From Octopus vulgaris (Eukaryota), in the NCBI GenBank assembly GCA_951406725.2, contig OX597836.1:7316001-7380000 (forward strand): a stretch of DNA of 64,000 nucleotides, in the 5' to 3' direction. The translations under genes and the position numbers were made by a program. This document shows positions 41,066 to 53,993 of this stretch, piece by piece (the first letter of the stretch is position 1; the number at the start of each line of letters is the position of its first letter). The notes below the pieces were generated by a model. That model was not told where the DNA came from. It ran no database searches and worked only from the letters and a program-made list of their open reading frames with translations.

Positions 41066-41424
41066 GCAAGGTTAAAACACATGTGTGCACCCCGTATATT
41101 TGCAGAGAGGCTAAAACTGTAGGAATAAGCAACAAAAAAGAAACAGAAAAATAAAATAAAATAAAACAAGGATAATAAGGGTAGAGACTTCATACTGAGT
41201 GAACCGATGAAAGGGGTGGATGTTGGAAGGGGACACAGGGCATAGTGTGTGAATCAATGAAAGGGGTGCCTGTGGAAGGGTTACAGAGACACAGTGTGAA
41301 AGGAAAAGGTATGTGACCTGAGAACATGTTTATTGTTTGAATGGGGAAAAGGGAGAACTCCACCCTTCTACCTTGTGACATTGTGGCTGGCAGGTATGGG
41401 CTGATGTTTGGGATGGGGGGTGGG

Positions 41425-41952
41425 GGAGAGACAGAGAGAGAGCAATAGAGAGAGTGAGCAACACAGAGAGAGGGTGCAACAGAGAAAGAGAGGGAGAGAG
41501 AATGCTAGAAAGTGACAGAGAGCAATAGACAAAGAGAGGGAGCAACAGAGTAATAGTGAGAGAGAGAGAGAGAGAGAGATCAACAGAGAGGGAGAAAGAG
41601 CAATAGAAAGAGAGAAAGAGCAAGAGAGAGAAAGAAAGAACAGAGAGAGAGAGAGAGAGAGGAACAGAGAGAGAGAGAGAAAGAGCAACAGAGAGAAAGA
41701 AAGAACAGAGAGAGAAAGAACAGAGAGAGAGAGAGAGAGAGCAACAGAGAGAGAGAGCAACAGAGAGAAAGAAAGAACAGAGAGAGAAAGAACAGAGAGA
41801 GAGAGAGAGAGCAACAGAGAGAGAGAGCAACAGAGAGAGAGAGCAACAGAGAGAGAGAGCAACAGAGAGAAAGAAAGAACAGAGAGAGAAAGAACAGAGA
41901 GAGAAAGAACAGTGAGAGAGAGAGAGAGAAAGAGCAACAGAGAGAAAGAAAG

Positions 41953-42023
<71 letters not shown>

Positions 42024-42135
42024 AAAGAACAGAGAGAGAAAGAACAGAGAGAGAGAGAGCAACAGAGAGAGAGAGAAAGAGCAACAGAGAGAAAGAGCAA
42101 CAGAGAGAGAGAGAGAGAGAGAGTGAGAAAGAATA
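41425..42135. repeat. ~700-bp purine-rich (GA)n compound array
   Basis: (GA)n punctuated by gcaaca and aaagaaagaaca modules. Confidence 0.95.
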
Positions 42136-42923
42136 ACAAAAACGCAGACAGACAAACAGACAGACAGACAGGGCTTTGGATATTGTGTCAGCCAGGCTAA
42201 GTAGGGGAAACCTTTAAACTACATACTGGGGAACAGAAGCAAAGCCTTATGTAATAATCTAATATAAGGGTCTATGAAAGGGATCCCCCACTCCCAGCAA
42301 TAAGAGAAAGGACAGGTGTAAAATTTAGGGTAAAGCTGGAGAGAATAATGAAGGGGTACAAAAACTGGGTCTGGTTTATCGTGGATTACAGAAACGTGGC
42401 GTATCTCGTGATATAACTGCAAGAGGTAACCTCTACTTGGTCTCTAAATGACTAGAAATAGCAGCCAAATCTTCCTTAGGTCACACCAACTTACTACCTG
42501 GCTCTCCATCGGTTACAACAATGAGTGCAGTTGTTGATCCGACCAATGGAACAAGACTGCTTGTGAGATTAACATGCAAGTGGCTGAACGCTCCACAGAC
42601 ATGTATAATCTTAATGTAGTTCTCAAAGAGATTCAATGTGACACAGAATGTGACAAATACAGGTACAACTGATTTTTGCCAGCTGAGTGGACTTGAGCAA
42701 TGTGAAATAAAGTGTCTTGCTCAAGGACATGAAGTGCCACCAGGAATTGAACCCACGACCTTACAATCATGAGCCGAATGCCCTAACCACTAAGACCCAC
42801 GTGCCTTCACATCAACTTATTACAATCTAAATAAGATGCATTAGATAATATATCCTGCATAGACCAGAACAAATGGGATGGTCATGGCTGGAATCCATGA
42901 CCAAAAGTCTGCCCAGTTAGGTT

Positions 42924-43079
42924 TATTAACGTACCTGGAGGGGGCGGTCTGGCCTGGACAGCACTTTGATGGGGACAGCACCACTTTTGGGTCTGCTACA
43001 GGCAACGTATTTTATGGGAACTCGGAGGCAGCAAACTAAAGGGCCACCCCGGGTGGCACACACTCTAGTTATGCTAGTG
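42924..43079. mobile_element. hAT-type MITE, same family as 5158-5331, inverted
   Basis: Ends ctctagttatgctagtg; 8-bp TSD gttaggtt/gttacgtt (7/8 match). Confidence 0.8.
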
Positions 43080-44279
43080 GTTACGTTTGTTCTGGGACTA
43101 AATACTAAATATGAAAGTCAACGAGAAATACTTGTCCACAACAGATCCACTTGCTCTGCTAGAAATGGCAGTCAAACTTCCAACTCAGATCACACTCTGT
43201 TGCCATAAAAAGAACAATAGATGGAATAATGTAAATGTTACCATCATGAGTCACACCGACTCGTAAGGGCCGGTTTCCCGGTTTCCATGATGTGTATATT
43301 CTCCAATTGGATGGGATGCCAGACCTTCGCAGGATTACTCCTTTTTGCAGCAACGTGAAATGAAGTGGTTTGCTCAAGAACACAATGTACCGTCTGGTCC
43401 CAGAACCGAAACCACTTACATATGTGGACGTGTGTATGAAAAAAACAAAAAAAAAGTAAGGATGGTAGCCGTGGCTGGATTGCCTTTTGATCACAGGTCT
43501 GTTTGATCAGGGTCGGCCTGGGGTTAAACAAGAGCAGTGACATATGCAAAGCCGAAACTGTGCTAAGCAAACAGAAGCATGTGTGTGTGTGTGTATGTTT
43601 GTATGCGTATGCTTGTGTACATACCCATGTACATACACACACAAACACACACAAACACACACACATCAGAACAAACAAACAAAGAACCCAATGTGTAACT
43701 TTCATTTTATGGATTATTGATCTGGAAGGGAACTGGAATCAATAAAGCCGAGCAAATAAAGTTCCGCGTTCATTTGGGCGAAATTATATTAGTTGTTGTT
43801 GTCGTAGTAGTTTAACACCATCTCAAGCTCTAGATCAAAAAACATCCCAACCATGACAAACCACCCTGTCTCTTCTTTTTTTTTTTTTTAATTAATTAAT
43901 ACGAAGAACATTTAGGGACCAGATATCCCCTTTCTTTGTGTAATACAGTAGGTCGAAAAGGATTCAAGCAAGAACTGAAGTCGATCTGCGCTGCTATTTT
44001 TAGCACATCAAATCGTAATCTCGAAGAGCAGTTGGGGGCCCCCACATATTTCTTTGATGTAATGATGTACAATTTCCACGAGAGGAAACACAAAAATACA
44101 ATAAAACTGTTCATGTGCACACATGCACACACTTGTGCATACATACGCAAATGTGTGCGTAAGCATACAGATGCATAGCGGGTGCACAAAAGCCTCAATA
44201 ACTGTGTACAGAGTATTGATCCTGGTCACCCAAAATAGCAGCCGGTTGCCGGTTTTACTAGGAAAATGTGTATAGAGTA

Positions 44280-44315
44280 CACACATATATATACACATGT
44301 ATATATGTGCATATA

Positions 44316-44364
<49 letters not shown>

Positions 44365-45167
44365 ATATATGCAGATATATGAGCATCTGTATATATATAT
44401 ATATACCGGAGTAAACACATAAATGTGAAACAAGGTGGAAAAAAGAGTACTCAAATACCAGTGGTAGAGTAATATGCTTTAAATAAAGTATGTATATATA
44501 TATATATGTATGTATGTATGTATGTATAGATAGATATGTATGTATGTATGTGTGTATATATATGTATATATGTATATGCATATGTATATATATATATGTG
44601 TGTATCTATATGTATGTATGTATATATTATATAGATGTATATATATATGTATATATATATATATGTATATATATGTGTGTGTACGTGTTTGTATATATAT
44701 ACTTGTAAGCATGTGTGTATATATATATATATATACATGCAGATATATGAGCATGTATATAACCTTTTGACAACACACCACAAGAAGCCTGCCCCCACCT
44801 CTCTCACTCTCTCTTTGTCTTTGGTGTAATTTACACTGAAACAAAAACAAAGAATGTATATGAATGAATATGGGTGTGTGTATATGTGTGTGTATACACA
44901 TATGTAAATATAAATATGCATATGTACATAAAAGTGTGCATATATATGCATATGTGTATATGTATGCATGTGACTATATACACATGCACATATACATATA
45001 TATATATACATATACACATATATATATTATATATATATACATATATATACATATACACATATAACGATGATGATGATGATGATTATGAATATATATATAT
45101 ATATACACACACACACATATATACTATGTACACATATATATATACATATATACATATGTATATACAT

Positions 45168-45212
<45 letters not shown>

Positions 45213-45290
45213 TATACTATGTATACATGTATATACATATATACATATGTATATACACACACACATATATATATATATACACACACATAC

Positions 45291-45329
<39 letters not shown>

Positions 45330-45413
45330 TAAAATCAATAGCTAACATGTGTGCTCCATGTTACACTGCATCATCTCTCTCTCTCTCTCTCCCCCTCTCT
45401 CTCTCTCTCCCTC

Positions 45414-45460
<47 letters not shown>
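44280..45460. repeat. (TA)/(CA)/(TC) microsatellite field
   Basis: Directly visible; similar fields at 1610-1965, 27470-27790, 28570-28970, 31560-31970, 36960-37470 and 47230-48500. Confidence 0.95.
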
Positions 45461-45461
<1 letters not shown>

Positions 45462-47290
45462 TTTTTCCCACATTGTATGTAAGAGTGCTCCCTCTTCCCC
45501 TTCCTCTTCCTCCTCCACCACAACTCCCAGGAAGTTAATAGAATCCAGTAACAAACACGTTTAACCCTTGTGTGACCACATTCCTAATGAAATAACACTG
45601 CGAGGCTGCTTCTTTCACCATTAAACAACATCATGGATGCACAGAGAACATCAACGAAAAGGAAGCAGGTTTTTTTCCTTCATTTTTTGTAATTTTTTTC
45701 CCCAGGGTTCAACTAACCATTACTAACTACTGCGCCCCAGCATGGCTATAGGACAGTGGCCATGCTGGGGCACAACCTTGAAGGGTTTAGTCAAACAAAT
45801 TGAGCCCCCGCTCCCAGTCCTTATTTTAAAATCTGCTACTTACTGATTTTCTCCCCACCCCCACCCCTCGAACCGCTAAATTATGGGGACATAATCAAAC
45901 CAACAGAGGTTATCAAGTGGTGGTGGTAGTGGTGGTGGTGGTGATAATGATTATGGTGATGGTAGTAATGGGTACAAATACATACACACACACACATATA
46001 TACTTACATAAAACAGGCTTCCACACAGTTTTCATCCACCGAAGTCACTCATAAAGCTTTGGTCGGCCCAAAGCTATAATAGAAGACACTTGCCCATGGT
46101 GCCATGACTGAACCTGGAACCATGTGGTGGGAAAACAAGCTTTTTACCACACAGCCACACCTGTAACCATGTTGAGTTGAAAGCCTTTTTAAGAGAGCAA
46201 GCCAGCAGAATCATTATCATGCCAGGTAGAAAGCTTAGCAGCATTTCATCCACCTTGAGGTCCCAGGTTCAAATTCCACCTAAATTGACTTTGCAGTTCA
46301 TCCTTTTGGGATCGATAAAATAAGTACAAATTGAGTAATGGAGCTGATGTAACTGACTGACCCCTATTTCTCTCCCAAAATTTCAGGCCTTGTGTATCTA
46401 TAGCAGAGAGCACTATTTACTTTGAACTAACATTGAAAACCAGGTCATCCATAATAATGAATGTGAAATTCTGTCTGTGCGTCCATCTGGAACCACTGTA
46501 TCTCAGTCTACATTTGCTGAATGTAGACAAATTATACTTTTTTGGAATCAGGATGATCCCATGATTGAAAATCTGCCCTTCATTTCGTTCAAAAACGTCC
46601 AGCAATGGGGTCAGTTTTGGATGAGGATTTGTACAAAAAGTTTAAAAGAAGTCCAAAAATTTATGAACTCGACAATTTTCTCATTTAAACTGAATTTAAG
46701 GTAATACCATATTGATCGGAGACCCCCTTCAGTCATGAATGACCATGAGATTGCACCTAGAAAGTTCCCCTCCGAGGCACAAGTCCGGGCAGGTTGTTTA
46801 TGGAAGACCAGCAGTCGCCCATGCAAACCAGCTTCTTCTCTCCACGCCACCAGTGTTATCCAAGGGAAAGGCAAAGGGGCTGATACAGCTTGGCACCTGT
46901 GACATCGCAACTCATTTCATGGCCCCAAGTGCTGCTTTCACTTGGCGCCATGAACATCATTTCAGAAGAATTCGTTGCATGAATTTATGACAAGAAATTC
47001 TCAATTCCAATATGCAAAACATGAATGCTTTAAAACAAAGGGATTTTGGAGCATCGTTGGAAACAAACTGGAGGTAGTCTCAGGTGGTTTGATAATCGAA
47101 AAGTTTTTTTTTTTTAAATGTCATTCAGAAACCAGCAGGCTTAAGCCTTTTTAAACCATCTCCCCAAGGGTCTCTTTTTTTTTCTCTTCCGCTTGGTCTC
47201 CCTGGAATAATTTACAATAAAACAATACAGAATATATATATATATATATATATATAAATATATATATGTATATATATCATACATATACAT

Positions 47291-47382
<92 letters not shown>

Positions 47383-47436
47383 TATATATATATAACACAC
47401 ACATATATATACACACACACACACATATATATATGC

Positions 47437-47483
<47 letters not shown>

Positions 47484-47492
47484 GTATGTGTG

Positions 47493-47530
<38 letters not shown>

Positions 47531-47641
47531 TAATGTGTGTGTGTATGCAATAGAATCAATATCAATAAATATTCTGCTTTACATCTGTCTTCCTATGAGT
47601 ATTGCTAGAGCATTGTAGTCTGTGCTTTTGTCTCCCGCCAG

Positions 47642-47782
47642 CACATTTCGAAGACGGATCGTGTTCCAGTGTCCTGTTACACACAAACACACAAGATTTA
47701 ATGTCATCGGGACACTCCATTGCAGAGATGGCCTCAGCCTCAAGCATTGTCAAAACAGCTGGATCATTTCCAAACCCACTTG
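47642..47782 (+). CDS. Candidate internal coding exon (141 nt, phase 1-1), product unknown
   Basis: Acceptor tgtgcttttgtctcccgccAG, donor TTG|GTAAAT, open frame [46 protein letters not shown]; unique island between (TA)n fields; no recognised homology. Confidence 0.25.
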
Positions 47783-47823
47783 GTAAATTATGAATATATA
47801 TATACATGTGGGTGTGTGGGTGT

Positions 47824-48038
<215 letters not shown>

Positions 48039-48052
48039 CATACATATATATT

Positions 48053-48084
<32 letters not shown>

Positions 48085-48216
48085 CATACATACACATATA
48101 TACATACACACACACACATAAAGTAGATATTTGTACACATGCAAACACACATATTCACACATACACAAAGATAACCATGCATACATACGTATACACAATA
48201 TTAAATGATTATGGCA

Positions 48217-48253
<37 letters not shown>

Positions 48254-48443
48254 CATAAATATCCATGCAGACATACGTATTATGGTGACATATAACACAC
48301 ACACACACACATATATATATATACATGCATATATACATACACACCACACTCACACACCCATAGATATATGTACACATATACACTTTCAAACATATATATA
48401 CATAGATATCCATGCAGGCATACGTATTATAGTGACATATATA

Positions 48444-48474
<31 letters not shown>

Positions 48475-48985
48475 GACACATACACACACACACACTTATA
48501 TTTGTAGAAACCAGAAACACAATCCAAACATGCCAGACACCTTCGCCGCTCATATTTCCGCATGTTCTTCCCTCAATGTCGCTGCAGCTCCACAGACGTT
48601 TAATGGAAATGCATTCAGACAACACACAATGGCCATTGTTAAATTTGCCGGCAGGCTTTTTTTTTTCATGGGAGAAGGGACTATATTTATCCAATCAAAA
48701 TGATAATAATAATAAAAGAAATAGGTCACATGGGCGGCAAGCCCCTTTGAATCCCCTTAATTACTCAACGTAATTACATAACTGTTTTCTGGAGTTTCTG
48801 TCTCCCTTATTTATCTCTCTTCGTGGCTGTGTAGTTAAGAATCCCTCTTTGCAAACCATATGGTTCTGGGCATGGCATTGAGGACCAGTATCTTCTAATT
48901 ATAACCCCAGGCTAGCCAACACCTCATGAGTGGGTTTAGTAGACAGAAATTGTGTGAAAGCCCATGATATGTGTGTGTGTATATT

Positions 48986-49197
48986 ACTCTTTTACTCTTT
49001 TACTTGTTTCAGTCATTTGATTGCGGCCATGCTGGAGCACCGCCTTTAGTCGAGCAACTCGACCCCGGGACTTATTCTTTTTGTAAGCCCAGTACTTATT
49101 CTATCGGTCTCTTTTTGCCGAACCACTAAGTGATGGGGACGTAAACACACCAGCATCGGTTGTCAAGCAATGCTAGGGGAACAAACACAGACACACA

Positions 49198-49235
<38 letters not shown>

Positions 49236-49400
49236 TACAACAGGCTTCTTTCAGTTTCCGTCTACCAAATCCACTCACAAAGCATTGGTCGGCCCGGGGC
49301 TATAGCAGAAGACACTTGCCCAAGATGCCATGCAGTGGGAATGAACCCGGAACCATGTGGTTGGTTAGCAAGCTACTTACCACACAGACAATCCTGCGCC
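48986..49400 (-). mobile_element. SINE family A, full length; partial copy also at 49745-50040
   Basis: Reverse complement of the consensus. Confidence 0.9.
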
Positions 49401-51536
49401 TTTATTTATATACACACACACATGATGGACCTGAGAAGGCACACAATGGTCCTTTGAAGGCTCATGGCTTAATGGTTAGGATGCTGCACTCACAATTGTG
49501 AAATGATGATTGTGATTCCCAGACCATTCCCTAACCATTAAGCCATGTGCTTTGGATCAGTTATGTGATCGGTGTGCGCAGACACTTAGTCATAATGAAA
49601 CCACCATTCTCCACTTTGCCACAGTTCATGGCGTTTTCATCTCACAGCGTCCTGCAAATTCTTCAGAACTGCCAAATAAAATATCTGCCAAACAGTTTGA
49701 CCAAGAGGGGCTAATTCTGTTTGAACAATTCCCTTTTCATCAACTCTTACTCTCTCTTTACTCTTTTGCTTGTTTCAGTAATTTGACTGCGGCCATGCTG
49801 GAGCACTGCCTTTAGTCGAGCAACTCGACCCCGGGACTTATTCTTTGTAAGCCTAGTACTTATTCTATCAGTCTCTTTTGCCGAACCACTAAGTTACGGG
49901 AACGTAAACACACCACCATCGGTTGTCAAGCAATGTTGGGGGGGACAAACACAGACACACAAATATATACACACATACATATATATATATACATATATAT
50001 ATATACGATGGGCTTCTTTCAGTTTCTGTTTACCAAAGTTTCCATCTACAAAAAACAAGGAACAGCACACTGTTCCTTCGTTCCAGCCATCACAAAAATC
50101 AAGGAACATTCAACAGGCTTTTAAACAGTTTCCGTTTACCAAATTCCCTCACAAGGTATTGGTCAGCTTTGGGTTATTGTAGAAGACATTCGCCCAATGT
50201 GCCACACAGTGAGACAGAACATGGAACCTTGTGGATGCAGCCCATGGTTCGTAACTATAAAGGCACCTATAAAGGCATCTATAAAGGCATCAAAAATGAA
50301 AACAGAAAAACACACAACACAAACAGAATTGTTAGACAAGTTCCAAAATACTTTAAGGAACCGAGTCAAGAAATATTCCAAACACCAACATGTAAAAGGA
50401 TAAAAGACCCGTTTGATGGGAATATTTTGCTGCTAAACTGAAAACAAACTTTATCTTCCTGTGTAAACGTCCGTTTGGTTGGGAATCTAAACTGACCGTT
50501 TTCAAAGACGGCAGCGGCGTCTGGCACTCGCATCATGTTCTTCGACATCGCAATTTTGCTTTGACTTGAAGAATTACTGGAATGTTTTAACAGAAATCAG
50601 AATCCCCCCCCGCCGACTCTCTCTCTCTCTCTCTCAGCTTTTGGTATGGCATGATACATTAATTCCAAATGGAATTTTTTTAACAAATCCTTGATTCCAC
50701 CCACTCATTCTTTACACATACACACAGCTGAATATGCAGCAGGGGTACTTTCAGCTGCTATATTGGGGTGCCACAAGCAACACCGTAAATTCAGTTTTGT
50801 ATAATACTCCTGTCTCTGAGATTGCAAATAGGAATGAAAGTGAGAGAGAGAGAGATACAGAGGTAGAGAGAGAGAGATACAGAGGGAGAAAGATACAGAG
50901 GTAGAGAGAGAGAAAGAGATACAGTGAGAGAGAGAGAGAGATACAGAGAAATATATATATATATAGAGAGAGAGAGGCAGCTAGAGAGAGATACAGAGAC
51001 AGACAGACAGAGATATAAAGAGAGAGAAATAGAGAGGGAGAGATATAGAAAGAAAGAAATACGGAGAGAGAGATAGAGGGAGTGACATAGAGAGAGAGAG
51101 AGAAATACAGATAGAGATATAGAGAGAAAGAAATAGGGAGATAAATACAGAGAGAGAGATAGAGAGAAAGAAAGTCTCTCTCTTTCCTTTCTTCCTACCT
51201 TTTTCCACACATACACCCCCACCCCACCCCCATGCCCTGCCCAAATGCTCCCATTTAATTCAACTTCTCACGTTACAAGCCAATGAGGGAACTTATGTGG
51301 GTGGAAAGCCTACAAGAAGTAGTAGCCCAAATCTCCCTCAAAATCACACCTTGTCTTCAAAAAACATGAAAGACGATGGGTGCGGGCGTGGCTGTGTGGT
51401 AAGAAGTTTGGTTCCCAACCCACCTGGTTCCAGGTTCAATCCCACTGTGGGACACCTTGGGCAAGTGCCTTCTGTTACAACCTTGGGCTGACCAAAGCCT
51501 TGTAAGAGGATTTGGCGAACAGAAACTGAAAGAAGC

Positions 51537-51598
51537 TTGTTACTGATGATGGAAAACGGGGATTTTCCCCGTAATCCTGAAATCAATTGATACACAAC
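51537..51598 (+). ncRNA. Degenerate minimal hammerhead-ribozyme-like motif
   Basis: CTGATGA, stem II (gga/tcc enclosing acgggga-ttt-tccccgt), GAAA, palindromic stem III atcaattgat, ATA triplet. Confidence 0.4.
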
Positions 51599-51667
51599 TG
51601 ACCCTTTTCATGAATCTTTTTCATTTATTTCCCCCCGAGTTCGACACATGTTTATTGTGATATTTAA

Positions 51668-51886
51668 CCCTTTAGTATTTAAACCGGCCATATCCGGCCA
51701 AAATAGCTAATCTGTTTTATGTTCAAACTGACCAGATCCAGGCTCTCCCACCTACCCCACAATGTTATTCTACATTAAGTAATTACACCATCAAGATCTT
51801 GAAGATATGAGATAATGCATGATTAATTCAAATCAATGGGAATCAATAAGCATTATGTTTGATTGAATAATCTGAACACTAAAGGG
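51668..51886. mobile_element. TTAA-targeting MITE (piggyBac-like ends), 219 bp
   Basis: TTAA-ccctttagtattta ... tgaacactaaaggg-TTAA. Confidence 0.8.
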
Positions 51887-51923
51887 TTAAGGTAGTTCAG
51901 AGCCATTTGGCATCTTCTTTCAG

Positions 51924-52048
51924 CATGTGCCAAGGCCTGTGTACTTACTCTTGCTTACCTTGAATATAAATTTATAAATATACATCACCGCCGGATTGAA
52001 TGGTATTGCCCAGGTGTTGAAACTTTAATGAGGCAGCTGGTGATCAAG
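51924..52048 (+). CDS. Candidate internal coding exon (125 nt, phase 1-0), product unknown
   Basis: Acceptor catcttctttcAG, strong donor AAG|GTATGT, open frame CAKACVLTLAYLEYKFINIHHRRIEWYCPGVETLMRQLVIK; no recognised homology. Confidence 0.25.
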
Positions 52049-52076
52049 GTATGTTGGATTGTTGGTATGGCTGTTT

Positions 52077-52309
52077 AAGGTGGCAAGCTGGCAGAAACGT
52101 TAGCACGCCAGGCGAAATGCGTAGGCGTATTTCGTCTGTCGTTACGGTGTGAGTTCAAATTCCGCCGAGGTTGACTTTGCCTTTCATCCTTTCGGGGTCG
52201 ATAAATTAAGTACCAGTTCCGCACTGGGGTCGATGGAATCGACTTAATACCTATGTCTGTCCTTGTTTGTCCCCTCTATGTTTAGCCCCTTGTGGGTAAT
52301 AAAGAAATA
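52077..52309 (+). mobile_element. Young SINE family B copy with perfect 13-bp TSD
   Basis: ggtatggctgttt on both sides. Confidence 0.9.
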
Positions 52310-52438
52310 GGTATGGCTGTTTTTGTATACGTGGAATAGTACTAGGCTCACAAAGAATAAGTCCTGCAACCAATTTCTTTGACTAAAACCCTTTAAGCCT
52401 GAAATGTGTAAAAGAATAAAAGAATATATATATAGATA

Positions 52439-52607
52439 TAGGTGTAGGAGTGGCTGTATGGTAAGTAGCTTCCTTACTAACCACATGGTTCCAGGTTCAG
52501 TCCCACTGTATAGCACCTTGGGCAAATGTCTTCTATTATAGCCTCGGGCCAACCAAAGCCTTGTGAGTGGATTTGGTAGACAGAAACTGAAAGAAGCCCA
52601 TCGTATA

Positions 52608-52645
<38 letters not shown>

Positions 52646-52865
52646 TGTGTATGTGTGTGTGTGTGTATGTTTGTGTGTTTGTCCCTCTAACATCACTTGA
52701 CAACCGATGCTGGTGTGTTTACGTCCCCGTAACTTAGCGGTTCGGCAAAAGAGACGGATACAATAAGTACTAGGCTTACAAAGAATAAGTCCCAGGGTCA
52801 ATTCGCTCGACTAAAGGCGGTGCTCCAGCATGGCCACAGTCAAATTACTGAAACAAGTAAAAGAG
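52439..52865 (+). mobile_element. SINE family A, full length
   Basis: Near consensus. Confidence 0.9.
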
Positions 52866-53236
52866 ATAATAAAGAGAAAGAGAGAGACAGACAGACAGAC
52901 AGATAGATAAACAGACAGACAGATAGACAGACAGACAGACAGATAGATAGATGTACAGACAGATAAACAGATAGATAGACAGACAGATAGACAAATAGTT
53001 GATACAGCTATTCCAAATGCAGACTTCATGTCTACCACCAACATTAGTAGTTATAATTAATTAGTCATGCTACAATTCAAATTGTTGTTGTTATTATCAT
53101 TGCCGTAGACTTCGTGAAAGAGCTTCTGTGTCGTTATTTTAGCCTTGAACATCCACAACTTTGAATAGTTTGCGCAACATCTCCCAATAGAATTTTTAAT
53201 ATATTACAAAACAGCCACGGCCTGAATGTCAACCAA

Positions 53237-53410
53237 ACAAAGCACTGGACACCCCACACCTATGTACAAAGCACTGGACACCCTACACCTATGTACAAAG
53301 CAGCGAGTGTAGCTAGCAAGTCGTAAACGGTAGGATGTCTCTGTTGTGCATCTGTAAACATACTTAGAGCTTTGCTGTGTAAACACGGTCAGCCTTGGTG
53401 TGTAAACATA
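53237..53410. promoter_or_regulatory. Candidate enhancer with clustered forkhead (TGTAAACA x3) and Sox-like (ACAAAG x3) motifs
   Basis: TGTAAACA at 53353, 53378 and 53401; 29-bp tandem duplication 53237-53294 carries ACAAAG. Confidence 0.35.
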
Positions 53411-53940
53411 CATTGTTACTCTCGCTGCAAAGAGTGTTTTGTTTTGGGATTAAAACAAAAGTTAATGAGAGCTTGTAATCAGGAAACAAGCTATTGTGGT
53501 TTTAAGGGTCCTTAAATTCTCTTTGGGTTTTTGGTAAACCCATTTTCTACTCAATGAATAGGACACAGGCAGCTTATGAACATATAAACATTCACCCGCC
53601 CATCCCCACAAGCCATGGACGCCCTGTAAAGGGTCGTAGGCACAGCCGGCCCTCCTGACCATGAACAAAAATAACCAGAAGAAAATTTCTTCTTCAGAAC
53701 ATAGGATCAAGTGGAATAGAGGGGAAGATTAAGTGGGTAAAACATGAAACAGTCTGGTTTCATGTATTACCCATCTATTTTCTTTATCCGTTATTTCCAG
53801 GATTGTGGGGTAGTGTCCGCCAAACATCTTTGTCATAGGGTCCTATCAGAAGTGATCATCGTTATCACACTTTCCCAGTTTGATTACACTGTTATTAATT
53901 TGTTTTTTTCTAATGTTTAGTAATAACAAAACAAACTTAC

Positions 53941-53993
53941 ATGTGCAGAAAATTTGTAACTTTTGCCACCGTAAACAGAATCAACAAACTCAC
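53941..53993 (-). other. 53-nt exon whose first bases regenerate a 5' splice site (RS-exon or small coding exon)
   Basis: ctaatttctgttttattctattttcAG|GTGAGTttg...gcacat|GTAAGT, with branch-like CTAAT; one open frame xEFVDSVYGGKSYKFSAH (phase 1-0). Confidence 0.6.

Noticed and set aside
41330-42155. Leu/Ser-rich 190-270 aa ORFs
   Set aside because: Translation of the (TC)n compound array
51941-51985. Minus-strand AAG|GTAAGC as another recursive site
   Set aside because: AAG acceptor with an A-rich upstream tract is a poor 3' splice site
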